A stretch of DNA of 64,000 nucleotides, taken from positions 2,489,537 to 2,553,536 of the forward strand of contig CAVUDW010000002.1 of assembly GCA_963740355.1 (NCBI GenBank). Reading direction: 5' to 3'. The stretch comes from an uncultured Gemmatimonadaceae bacterium. GTDB taxonomy: Bacteria > Gemmatimonadota > Gemmatimonadetes > Gemmatimonadales > Gemmatimonadaceae. Position 1 is the first letter of the stretch, and every line of letters begins with the position of its first letter. Under the pieces are notes generated by a model, which did not search any database, was not told the origin of the DNA, and saw only the letters and a list, made by a program, of their open reading frames with translations. Below, one piece after another: positions 53,852 through 64,000 of this stretch. The position numbers and the translations under genes were made by a program.

Positions 53852-53893
53852 AAAAGACAGAGAGCCCAGCCGGATGGCTGAGCTCTCTGTCTT
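53852..53893 (-). terminator. Intrinsic terminator of ssrA
   Basis: Hairpin AAGACAGAGAGCTCAGCC-ATCC-GGCTGGGCTCTCTGTCTT then TT, immediately after the tmRNA 3' end. Confidence 0.8.
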
Positions 53894-53897
53894 GGCA

Positions 53898-54254
<357 letters not shown>

Positions 54255-54300
54255 GACATTGTGAACAGTAATGAGGATGGTGGCGCGACGCACCTCCGCG

Positions 54301-56397
54301 CTACCCTTCCTCTTCCTCTCCACCCTCTCCCATACCCTCACCGTCTTCGGCCTGTTCCACGTTGAGGGGACGTGCGAACCGAACACAGTTGCGGCCTTCG
54401 CGCTTGGCTGCGTACAGCGCCTTGTCGGCGGCCGGGAAGAGCTCGTCTCCGAGCCGGGCCGTCTCGGGATACGAGGCGACACCGAACGATGCGGTCACAT
54501 GCACGAGGTGTTCACCGACGCCAATCGTCCTCGCCTCGATCGCTGCGCGCATGCGCTCCGCGACCTCCCAGGCCATCGCCACATCGGCCTTGCCGAGGAG
54601 CATGACGAACTCCTCGCCACCATACCGCGCCACGAGGTCCACGCCGCGTACGCCTGCCGCGAGCGACGCGGCGATCGAGCGCAACACATGGTCGCCGACG
54701 TCGTGCCCGTAGAGGTCATTCACCTTCTTGAAGTTGTCGACGTCGCAGACGACCAAGCCAACGTTGTGCCCAAACCGATCGGCCTCGGCAACGGCGCGTG
54801 CAAGCGCATCATCAAAGGCGCGACGATTGGGCAGCCCTGTGAGCGCATCGGTGCGCGCGCGGCGTGTGGCTTCCTCGATCTGCCAGACCGTCTCGAGCGA
54901 CACGGCCGCCACGGCACCGAGCAGTCGCACATTCCGCATGTCGCGCAGCAGCACACCGCCGACCGAGTCACTCTCCACCACGATTGCGCCAGACACGTTG
55001 CCACTCTGCTTCATCGGCACCACGCTCAAGCTGCCGAGCGTGGTCACCACATGCCCGGCGTTATAGACGGGCGTGATCTGCTCGAGCAGCTGTGCATCTT
55101 CCCACACTTGCGGCAGTCCAGCCGCACAAAGCTGCCCAACGAGCGACTCCGCTGACACAGGCGCACCACGTTCCAGATGATGCCCCGACGTGACGCTCTG
55201 AATCACTCCGGTCATCGTCTCGGGATACCACCGAACGAGCGCCGCACGTGTGGCCCCGGTGACCGTGAGCGCGGAATCACAAATGGACTGCCCGAGCGTG
55301 TCGATCGTGCGCTGTTGCTGGAACACCTGCGATGCCTGCAACAGTGATTGCGACTGTCGATTCTGGCGGCTGTATTCCGCCTGCGTTTCCAGCAGTTGCG
55401 ACAGCAGGCCAAGGTTATCGGCAAAACGCGGCAACCAGCGCGCGAGAAGTTCGTGCGATACCGTCAACTTCGACGCGTGCAGCGAGAGGACGCCGCTTGC
55501 ACTCGTCGGCCCTTGTACGGCAACCGCCGCCATGGTCCCCTCACCTGGCCGATCAAACAACGCGACGCGCGCCGCAGCCTGCACCGCAATCAGTTCGCCA
55601 CCAAGCTGCTGGTACCCAGTGAGCCACTTGTCCTTTTCGTCGCTCGCCCACGCCACCGGCGCAAGCGAACTACCGTTGCGCGTCGCACGCCAGAAGACGG
55701 CATCCGTCACGCCGAGGGTGTCGCGGACTTGCCGCAGATACCGGGCAATGGCCTCGATGCGAGTCTGTGCCTCGATGGCTTCTGACTCGACGAGTGTGCG
55801 AACTTCGGTCAGTGAATTCGGAAATTCGAGCGCGGCTTCGGTTGGGCCGGCTGCGAACGCAGGGAGTTCCGACAACGTGCGAATGGTGCCGCGCTGCAAT
55901 GACCGAAGGATGTACACGATGGGCAGGATCGTGACCGTCACGACGATCGCCAGCCCATACGTCAACTCGCTCAGCGGTGTTGGCGCACCGGCGATCACGG
56001 GCGACACCAGTACCACGAACAATGTGCCCGTCGCGCCGAGGAACACGCCACGCCAGCCTGTTGCCACCGTCGCGCCGAGTGCGCACACACAGGCCGCAAC
56101 GAATGCGAGCGAGTGCGCGCCGCCGGTCTGCACCGCGATCAACGCCGAGAATGGCGCAACAAGGCTCGAGGCGTAGCCGAGTGCACGACGGCGACCATCA
56201 GTCGTCGTCGGCAGCATCAACAACGAGACCCCACCGGCGATCAACACCGCGAGCGCAGCGATGATGAAATCCAGTCGTGCCACCTGTGCTGCGGGCACCG
56301 GAATGCCAGCCAGCGGAACTGCGACAGCAGACGCCACCAGCCATGGAATGGCGAGCAGCGCGTACTGGAGTCGGGAGCGCACGGGTGAATGCTTCAC
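54301..56397 (-). CDS. Membrane-anchored GAF-GGDEF diguanylate cyclase
   Basis: N-terminal TM helices, GAF-like middle, DALTGLPNRR, DVDNFKKVND.YGH.GD, RGVD (I-site) and GGEEF. Confidence 0.9.
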   Translation of the reverse strand: MKHSPVRSRLQYALLAIPWLVASAVAVPLAGIPVPAAQVARLDFIIAALAVLIAGGVSLLMLPTTTDGRRRALGYASSLVAPFSALIAVQTGGAHSLAFVAACVCALGATVATGWRGVFLGATGTLFVVLVSPVIAGAPTPLSELTYGLAIVVTVTILPIVYILRSLQRGTIRTLSELPAFAAGPTEAALEFPNSLTEVRTLVESEAIEAQTRIEAIARYLRQVRDTLGVTDAVFWRATRNGSSLAPVAWASDEKDKWLTGYQQLGGELIAVQAAARVALFDRPGEGTMAAVAVQGPTSASGVLSLHASKLTVSHELLARWLPRFADNLGLLSQLLETQAEYSRQNRQSQSLLQASQVFQQQRTIDTLGQSICDSALTVTGATRAALVRWYPETMTGVIQSVTSGHHLERGAPVSAESLVGQLCAAGLPQVWEDAQLLEQITPVYNAGHVVTTLGSLSVVPMKQSGNVSGAIVVESDSVGGVLLRDMRNVRLLGAVAAVSLETVWQIEEATRRARTDALTGLPNRRAFDDALARAVAEADRFGHNVGLVVCDVDNFKKVNDLYGHDVGDHVLRSIAASLAAGVRGVDLVARYGGEEFVMLLGKADVAMAWEVAERMRAAIEARTIGVGEHLVHVTASFGVASYPETARLGDELFPAADKALYAAKREGRNCVRFARPLNVEQAEDGEGMGEGGEEEEG

Positions 56398-56599
56398 GAT
56401 GACGGTATGGAACGTCCGGGGATGTTGGTGGACATCACCGGCAAGAGGTGTCCGAATTGCAAAGGTCGGCAGCTGCGAGCAAACGCATGAACGTGCGTCA
56501 CCGCGGGAACCGGCCTGAGCCAGTCCAGCAGCGAATCACCATCTGGACGACTGACCCCACCCGAGGGCACGGGCGGACGAGCAGCGTTCCGACCGTCGA

Positions 56600-57640
56600 T
56601 CAGCCTTCGGCGTCCTGCGTTGCGACGGCCGTCACCGGCGATTCTGCGGTGTGCGACTCGAGGTACCGCTGACGATTCTGGAGGTAGTCGGCGAAGATGT
56701 CTTCCACCTGACTCAACGAATCGACCTGATGAAGCCGCTCACGCAGCTTGGCTGAGCCTGGCAAACCTTTGCAATACCAGCCCAGGTGCTTCCGGAACTC
56801 GATGGCCGCACCGCGCCGGTCCACCTCGTAGACGTCGGCCATACGGGCATGACGGATGGCGATCTCGAATCGCTCCTCGACCCCAGGGGCCGGGGGTGGT
56901 GTCCGTCCCTCGAGCAGCGCCCTGGCCTGATCGAAGATCCATGGCTGACCGAACGAGCCACGCGCAATCATCACGGCGTCGCACCCCGTCTCGACGCGCA
57001 TCCGAAGGGCGTCCTCGGCGGTCTTGATGTCGCCGTTGCCGATGACCGGAATGGACAGCGCAGCCTTGACGGCCGCGATCTCGTCCCAGTGGGCGTGCCC
57101 GCTGTACATCTGCGTGCGTGTACGAGGGTGCAGCGCAAGCGCGCGCGCCCCAGCGTCCTGACAGCGGAGCGCAATCGTGACCGGATCACGCATCTCCTCG
57201 TTCCAGCCGCTGCGAATCTTTACCGTGACTGGCAGGTGCGTGCTGGCGGCAACGGCCCGGATGACCGTCTGTACCAGGTCGAGGTCGCGAAGGCAGCCGG
57301 AGCCACCATTCCGCCGAACGACCTTCTTCACCGGGCACCCGAAGTTGATGTCGACGAAATCCGGCCGGAACACGTCGGTCACTAGCGCCGCTGCCTCGCC
57401 CATCGCGACCGGATCGGCGCCGAAGATCTGGACGCCGATCGGGTGCTCCTCCGGCAAGAACCGGAGCTTGGCGATCGTCGCCTCATTCTCCCGGCGAATC
57501 CCCTCTGCCGACAGGAATTCCGTCACGACCACGTCGGCCCCGTGCGTCCGGCAGAGCCTCCGAAACGGCGATTCAGAGACGCCAGCCATCGGCGCGAGGA
57601 TCAGTGGCACAGCGTGCCCGACGGGATACGGAAATTCCAT
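56600..57640 (-). CDS. dusB: tRNA dihydrouridine synthase B
   Basis: LAPMAGVS, DINFGCP, VTVKIRSG, HPRT, GNGDI, MIARG..G.PW. ATG 57640. Confidence 0.9.
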   Translation of the reverse strand: MEFPYPVGHAVPLILAPMAGVSESPFRRLCRTHGADVVVTEFLSAEGIRRENEATIAKLRFLPEEHPIGVQIFGADPVAMGEAAALVTDVFRPDFVDINFGCPVKKVVRRNGGSGCLRDLDLVQTVIRAVAASTHLPVTVKIRSGWNEEMRDPVTIALRCQDAGARALALHPRTRTQMYSGHAHWDEIAAVKAALSIPVIGNGDIKTAEDALRMRVETGCDAVMIARGSFGQPWIFDQARALLEGRTPPPAPGVEERFEIAIRHARMADVYEVDRRGAAIEFRKHLGWYCKGLPGSAKLRERLHQVDSLSQVEDIFADYLQNRQRYLESHTAESPVTAVATQDAEG

Positions 57641-57795
57641 CGATGGAAGATACCCGGAAAGGGCAATTCCGTGCAGTTTCGTCGTTTGACACCCCTCTGG
57701 CTGGCGGGTACCTTCGCCTGTTCCCCGGGGTGGTACCACTTCCCCCGCCACCCGTTCGACACGGCTCGGCGATGACGGCCGAATCAAGGAACCCG

Positions 57796-58248
57796 ATGGA
57801 ACTGCGCGAGTTTTTCTCACTGGATGCCGTACAGCTCGACCTGAAGGGCACGACCAAGGACGACGTTCTGAAGGAGCTGATCGGGCTCCTCAAGCTCGAC
57901 GAGAAGTCCGAGGGCATGCTGTTCAAGATGCTGAAGCGCCGTGAGAACCTCGGGTCGACGGGCATCGGCCGCGGCATCGCGATCCCGCACTGTCGGTCGC
58001 TGGTGGTGAACAAGCTCCGCGTGGCTTTCGGCCGGAAGCCCGATGGTGTCGACTTCAAGGCGATGGACGACAAGCCCGTCCACTTCCTGTTCCTGATCGT
58101 CGCGCCGCCGCTCGAGGTCTCCAATCAGTACCTCCCGGTACTGGGCAAGATCGCGCAGTTCGGGAAGGAAGCGGACGTGCCTGAAAAGTTGACAGCGCTG
58201 CAGTCACCAGAAGACTTCATGCGGCTGCTCGCCGAAAAGGACCTTTAA
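57796..58248 (+). CDS. PTS EIIA domain protein (PtsN/fructose-type)
   Basis: RENLGSTGIGRGIAIPHCR, DFKAMDDKPV.FLFLI. ATG 57796. Confidence 0.9.
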   Translation: MELREFFSLDAVQLDLKGTTKDDVLKELIGLLKLDEKSEGMLFKMLKRRENLGSTGIGRGIAIPHCRSLVVNKLRVAFGRKPDGVDFKAMDDKPVHFLFLIVAPPLEVSNQYLPVLGKIAQFGKEADVPEKLTALQSPEDFMRLLAEKDL

Positions 58249-58369
58249 GCCCCGGTCTCGCTTCACTGATCGAAGGGTGCCTGCCGCCACCGGCAGCATG
58301 CCGTGGCGGCGCCCGAAAAACCCTCGGCGATGACGTGACCTGCCGAGGCCGCCCGGAGTCATTGGCGGC

Positions 58370-60459
58370 ATGCGAGAACCAGTCTCTTCGGACTACCGAC
58401 ACGACATCGACGGCCTGCGCGCCATCGCGGTCCTGTTGGTGATCGTGCACCATGTCGCCCCGCAGCTGTTGCCGGGGGGATTCATTGGTGTCGACGTGTT
58501 CTTCGTCATCTCCGGCTATCTGATGACAGGTATCCTCGATCGATCGATGCGAGATGGCTCGTACCGATTTGTCGAGTTCGTGTGGAAGCGCTGCCGACGC
58601 ATCGTGCCGGCGCTCGTCACGGTGCTGGCTGCCACCCTGGTTGTTGGCGCCTGCATCATGACCGGGCCTGAGTACGTCAACCTTGGCCGTCATCTCGTCG
58701 CAGGCAGCCTCTCGGCTTCCAACCTGCTGCTGTGGAGTGAGGTCGGCTACTTCGACACCAGCGCTGCGGTGAAGCCGTTGCTCCACCTCTGGTCACTAGG
58801 TGTCGAGGAGCAGTTCTACCTTATCTGGCCATTGTTGCTCTCAGTGTTGCCGCTCGCTCGACGAGTGCGGCTGCTTGCGATCCTGGCGATCGTGGCGTTG
58901 TCGCTGCTCGTCAGCGAAGATCTCGCGTACGCTGAGCCTTCGCAGGCGTTCTACATGCTCCACTCGCGCGCATGGGAGCTGGGAGTGGGCGCGCTAGTCG
59001 CACTGGCGATGCCAATCTCGACGACGTCTGACACTGAGGTGTTGGATCGCCAACGCCTGCTGCGTGGAATCGCGGCGGTGCTCGGTGTTGGGCTCATCGT
59101 GCACGCAGCGTGGCGCACGACGGCTGCCGATGCGTGGCCTGGACTGACAGCAATAGCACCGGTACTTGGAACGGCTCTGGTCATTGCGGCGGGGCCGCGC
59201 ACATTGGTCAGCCGTCACCTCCTTTCGGGCCAGTCGCAGACCTGGCTTGGTCAACGAAGCTATTCGTTGTACCTGTGGCATTGGCCACCGCTCGCATTTC
59301 TTCACATCCTCGCTGCAGAGCACAGCTGGTCTGGGAATGTTGTGCAGTGGGCTGCCGTCCTGCTCATGGTGCCCGTGTTCGTACTGGCGCACGCGACGCT
59401 GATCTTCGTGGAGCGCCCAGCGCGACACCGTGCCGCACGGGTTCAGTCGCGGGTGACGATATCCGCGCGTCACCTGAGACCGTACGGTTTCGCGCTGGCG
59501 GCGGTCGCTGCGACCGCCATGGCCGTGGTTCAGGGTCGCGGTCTTCCCGCACGTTATGGTGGCGCCGGCACGGATGTCGCCGCGGCGATGCGTGACGCGT
59601 CACCTGACTCCATCACCGCATACGGCGCGCATGCGTCGCGCTGTCACCTCGCTGACAAGGGAAACGCCACCTGGTGCTGGCGGACGCCGGGCATTGGCAA
59701 GGGCATCGCTGTCTTCGGCGACAGCCATGCCGAGGTCATCTTCGCCGGAATCGATGCGTGGCATTCCACGGCGCCGTTGTTCCTCACTGGGCGCAAGGGC
59801 TGTGCACCAATTCTCCAGCAGGAAGCCATCGCGGATCGCGAGGCGGAGATTTGCAGGCGAGCGGCGAACCTCGCCGCTAACGCCATACTCGCGGACACCT
59901 CGATCGGCACCGTGCTGCTCGTCTCACGAGGCCCGGCGTACATCACCGGCACGGGATTCGGTGTGGACTCGCAGCGGCGCGTGGTTCCCGTCGCATTGCA
60001 ACGATCACCGGCGATTCGGCGAGCCTCCGGCGGGCCTACGAGTCCGGGCTGGAACGCAGCGTTCAGACATTCAGCCGGGCCGGCAAGCGCGTGCTGCTCG
60101 TGATCGGCGTTCCTGAGCTTGGCTTCCAGCCTGAGGAGTGCCTCATCGGGCGCCCGCTCGGCTTGCGTGAGTTGCGAGCGCCGTGCGCCATTCCACGCGT
60201 CCGCGTCGAAGAAAGAAACGCGGACTATCGCGCGCTGGTCCGGGCGATCGCGACGCGCAATCCATCGCTGGAAGTCTTCGACGCACAATCCATCTTCTGT
60301 GATGACGTGTTGTGCCATGCACAGCAAGGCTCGCGTTTACTGTATCAGGACGGCAACCACCACCTCACGTTGCTCGGCAGCCGACTCGTCACACGCCGGC
60401 TGCAAACCGTCCTCGATCGAACGCCAACGGTGACTCGACTCGCAATCGCGGAGCGGTAG
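58370..60459 (+). CDS. Acyltransferase-3 + SGNH domain O-acyltransferase (OafA-like; one frameshift near 59995)
   Basis: DIDGLRAIAV, GVDVFFVISGY, HLWSLGVEEQFY, SYSLYLWHWP, GDSHA. The C-terminus continues in the frame of ORF 60091..60459 (YQDGNH). Confidence 0.85.
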
Positions 60460-60531
60460 CGCAGCGTCGCCAGGTGCTGTTGCAGGCGGTCCGCAGACCG
60501 CCTGCCGACGTTCAACGCTGGGTGCTTCCCC

Positions 60532-62093
60532 TTACTCCCACTCGATCGTCGCGGGCGGTTTCGAGGGATGTCGTAGACCACCCGGTTGACGCCGTCCACC
60601 TCGTTGATGATGCGATTCGAGATCGTCCGAGCAGCGTCCGGCGGAACCGCGACCAGTCGGCGGTCATGGCGTCGGTGCTGGCTGACTGCACCGCACGTGC
60701 GATGACGTGTCTCGTAGGTGCGTCCGTCGCCCATGACGCCGACCGTCTGCACGGGCAGGAGACGGCGAACACCTGCCAGTATCGCGGCATAGAGCCGCGC
60801 ACGACGCGGGTTCCCTCGAGGTCAGGATCGCGTGGGCGACTCGCGCAGCATCGTCGAGCCGCTCCGCGTCGACCTCGCGCCGAGGATGCGGATCGGCGAG
60901 CCCGGGGCCGGGGAACGGATGCCGCCCGACCAGATCTTCCGGCAGGCCGAGTTCGCGCCCGACCTCGCGCACTTCGTCCTTGAACAGTTCGCGCAGCGGC
61001 TCGATCAGCTCGAACGCATGTCGGCTAGGAAGCCCGCCCACGTTGTGATGCGTCTTGATGGTCGCCGACGGACCGCCGCGTCGCACTGACGCACTCGATC
61101 ACGTCGGGGTAGAGCGTGCCCTGCACCAGGAACTCGCCGCGTGCTCGCCCGCCGTCGGCGGTCGCCTCCTCGAACACGTCGATGAAGCGTTGCACCGATC
61201 ATCCGCCGCTTGATCTGCGGGTCGGCATGTCCCTTGGTACCGTCGAGGAACTGCTTTTCCGCACGTACCACCCTCAGCTCGATGCTGAGCTCGGCGGAAG
61301 GTCGCTCGACCTGCTCCCGTTCGTGCATGCGCAGCAGGCCGGTGTCGACGAAGATGCAGCTCAGCTGGTCGCCGATCGCCCTCCCCACGAGGGCCGCCAC
61401 CACGGCGCAGTCCACGCCGCCGCTCAGGCCGCAGATCACCTGCGCGTCACCGACACGCTCACGAATGCTGGTTGATCCTTTTGGTCGATGAAATGGCCGG
61501 GCGTCCAGTGAGGTGCAGTGACACACCTCGAAGAGGAAGTTCTGCAGCATCTCAGCGCCGCGGACGCTGTGCATCACCTCGGCGTGGAATTGCACGGCGT
61601 GAATCGGCTTGGTCTGGTGCCGGAATCCTGCGACCGTGGAGCCGCTGCGCGCAGTCTGCACATATCCTGGCGGCACCGTTTCGACATGATCGCCGTGACT
61701 CATCCAGACCTGCGACTTGTCACCGACATCGAAGCCAGCGAACATGCCGGCTGATTCCATCACTTCGACATCGGCGCGGCCATACTCGCGTCGTCCCCGC
61801 CGCCGATCACGCTGCCGCCCTGCAGGTGCGCGATCAACTGCATGCCGTAGCGAACGCCCAGCACCGGGGCCGCGTCCAGCAATGCGGGATCGATCGTCGG
61901 CGCGCCGACGTCACTCACCGAGCTGGGACCGCCGCTGAGGATGATGCCGGTCGGGTTCCAGTCCTTGATCCATTGCAACGAGCGCGTCGCGGGATGGATC
62001 TCGGAAAAGACGCGCGCCTCGCGCACGCGGCGCGCGATGAAAGAACTGCGTGAACTGCGATCCGCAGTCAATGATCAGGATACGACTGCTCAC
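60532..62093 (-). CDS. guaA: GMP synthase (multiple frameshifts)
   Basis: Fragments across frames: [66 protein letters not shown] and terminal [12 protein letters not shown]. Confidence 0.9.
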
Positions 62094-62607
62094 CGGTTGC
62101 TCCAGTTGGCATCGGTCAACTTGATGATCTCGACCTGTCGCGTGTCGAGATCGAGAATGGCAGCTGTCGGCGATCCGTGCAGCCACCCGCACGCCTCTCC
62201 GGATTGACGATCAGCGTCTTGCCGCGCGTCTTCATTTCCTCGCGATGCGTGAACCCATGCACCACGATGTCATGCGACTCGAGCGAACGGGGCCCTGCCT
62301 CGTTCGGTCGTGCACGACGAGAATGCTTTTCCATCAGGTCGAAGCTGTGGGGCGACTCGAACAGCTCCGAGCCCAGCCCGGTCATCGCCATGGCGCGCAG
62401 CGCCTCATGGTCACCGTGGTTCGACCACGAACACGCCGTTGAGCGCCAACTGCAAGTCCTGAATCGGCTTGAGACTGAACGGTGAGCAGTAGTCACCAGC
62501 GTGGATCACGTCACCCAACAGGCCTGCCGGCCGATCCCGCTTCCGCCAGCTCGGCAACGGCATCGATGCGATGAGCGTGTGTGTCTGCCATCAGTCCGAA
62601 TGCGCAT
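62090..62607 (-). CDS. YfcE-like metallophosphoesterase (multiple frameshifts)
   Basis: Fragments MRI(G)LMADTH, VIHAGDY, VHGFTH, TLIVNP. The start overlaps the lysA stop. Confidence 0.7.
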
Positions 62608-63894
62608 CAGGCAGACCTCCAGTGCGGGGTAAGGTGCTCGTTGCGCACCAGGTCATCGTACGACTCTCGCACGGTGGCGACGCCCCATCGATCGCCATCC
62701 ACCAGCACCTCGGCGGGGCGTGACCGGGAGTTGTAGTTCGAACTCGTCGCATTAGCCATAGGCGCCAGCGTTGCGCACCGCGAGCAGCACGCCGGACGAC
62801 ACGTCCGGCATCGGTCGATCGAGCGCGAGAAAGTCGCCACTCTCGCAGACGGGCCCAACGACGTCCACCGTTTGTGACGTGGCCGTCGTCGGCAGCACGG
62901 TTTCGATCTCGTGATGCGCCTCGTAGTGCGACGGGCGCAACAGGTCGTTCATGCCAGCGTCCACGATCATGAAATGCTTCGAGCCACTCTCCTTGCGGTA
63001 GAGCACCTCGGTCAGCAGCACGCCGGCCTCGGCAACGAGGAAACGCCCGGGCTCCACGATCAGCTCGACGCCAGCGTCCCCGAACGTCTCGCGGAGCACC
63101 GGGCGAATGCAACCAAATCAGCCACCGGCTCACCATCGAAGTACTGCGACCGGGAATCCACCGCCAACGTCGATCATGCGGAGGGTCGTGATGCCTTCGC
63201 CGCGCACCGCGTCAAGCAATGCGCGCAAGCGCTGCTGCGCGTCAGCGAACGCAGCCACCTCGGCGATCTGTGAGCCGATGTGCATGTCGAGGCCGACGGT
63301 TCGATGCCTGGCAGCATCGCGGCGCGCTTGGCGGCGTCGATGCCGCGCACGATCGGAATGCCGAACTTGGTTCCTTCCTCGCCGGTCGCGATGTAGGCGT
63401 GGCCCGCCGTGACGTTGACGACGCCGGGATTGATGCGAAGCGACACCGGCGCCACGACACCGCGCGCGGTCGCCACCTCGGACAGCACCTCGAGCTCGGC
63501 CTCACTTTCGACGTTCACACACCGCACACCCACATCGAGCGCATTCTCGAGATCGAGCCGCGTCTTGCCGACGCCCGCGAAGACGATGTCGCCGCTGAAG
63601 CCGGCCAGTCGGGCGCGGTGCAGTTCGCCCGCCAGAACGACATCGACACCGGCGCCGCACTCGCGCACCACGGTCAGCAGCGCGAGGTTCGAATTCACCT
63701 CATTCGTAGTGGATGTGCACCGGCAGCCCAACCAGCGCCGCCGCCAGGCGCGCGTAGGCGCTTCGAACTGCCGCCGCCGAGTAGACGTACGTTGGCGTCC
63801 CGACGGCGGCAGCGATCGCGGTGAGCGACACGTCGTCGCACACCAGCTCATCGTCACGCCGCCAGAACCCAGTGGTCAGTACGCCTTCGCCCAT
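62607..63894 (-). CDS. lysA: Diaminopimelate decarboxylase (multiple frameshifts)
   Basis: GTPTYVYS, FAGVGKT, NVESEAEL, KFGI, VEPGRFLVA, VDAGMNDLLRP, VGPVCESGD, GAYG, SNYNSR.RPAEV. Confidence 0.9.
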
Positions 63895-64000
63895 ATCACC
63901 TCATATTTCGCTGGCTCGCCGGTCACCATGCACTTGGTGGGGGGATTCGGTGAACGGAATTCGGGGTCAGGAATGCAGCGGATCGTCGCCTTCGTTTCTT
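63876..64000 (-). CDS. proS: Proline--tRNA ligase, archaeal/eukaryote-like type (3' end, partial)
   Basis: Translated by hand: ETKATIRCIPDPEFRSPNPPTKCMVTGEPAKYEVIWAKAY-TGA, the typical C-terminus ending in AY. Confidence 0.85.
   Translation of the reverse strand, partial: ETKATIRCIPDPEFRSPNPPTKCMVTGEPAKYEVIWAKAY

Noticed and set aside
50910..53897. Genomic island integrated at the tmRNA 3' end
   Set aside because: There is no integrase, I saw no duplicated ssrA 3' end, and there is no obvious composition shift.

Overview
High-GC bacterial chromosome segment made almost entirely of housekeeping genes. The gene order and the tmRNA tag ANNNLALAA look Gemmatimonadota-like (inference). Minus-strand blocks: rne/rng, acyl-CoA dehydrogenase, recQ, U32 peptidase; a branched-chain acyl-CoA cluster (enoyl-CoA hydratase, split AtuA, carboxyltransferase, split B12 mutase, MeaB); two CBS/CorC genes with ybeY, phoH, aspS; and trpCFBA-folBK-panBC-yqeK. 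Plus-strand blocks: rlmN; lexA-VOC-HDOD; truA-htrA-purB-purC-(psd remnant)-pssA-purSQLF-ppdK-alkC. The right end carries tmRNA, a diguanylate cyclase, dusB, an O-acyltransferase and heavily frameshifted guaA, yfcE-like and lysA genes, probably long-read errors. No integrase, transposase or cas genes were seen. The most unusual items are: (1) two related tandem arrays of a 71-bp unit (25-bp hairpin core plus 46-bp linker holding a TAAG-N17-CTTA palindrome) 53 kb apart; (2) an 11-bp-period TTCGG direct repeat upstream of lexA, a candidate SOS box, echoed at bases 1-26; (3) a B12 mutase with isobutyryl-CoA-mutase-type specificity residues inside an AtuA/carboxyltransferase cluster; (4) an unlisted 56-aa membrane protein, a truncated psd and a long structured rne leader.
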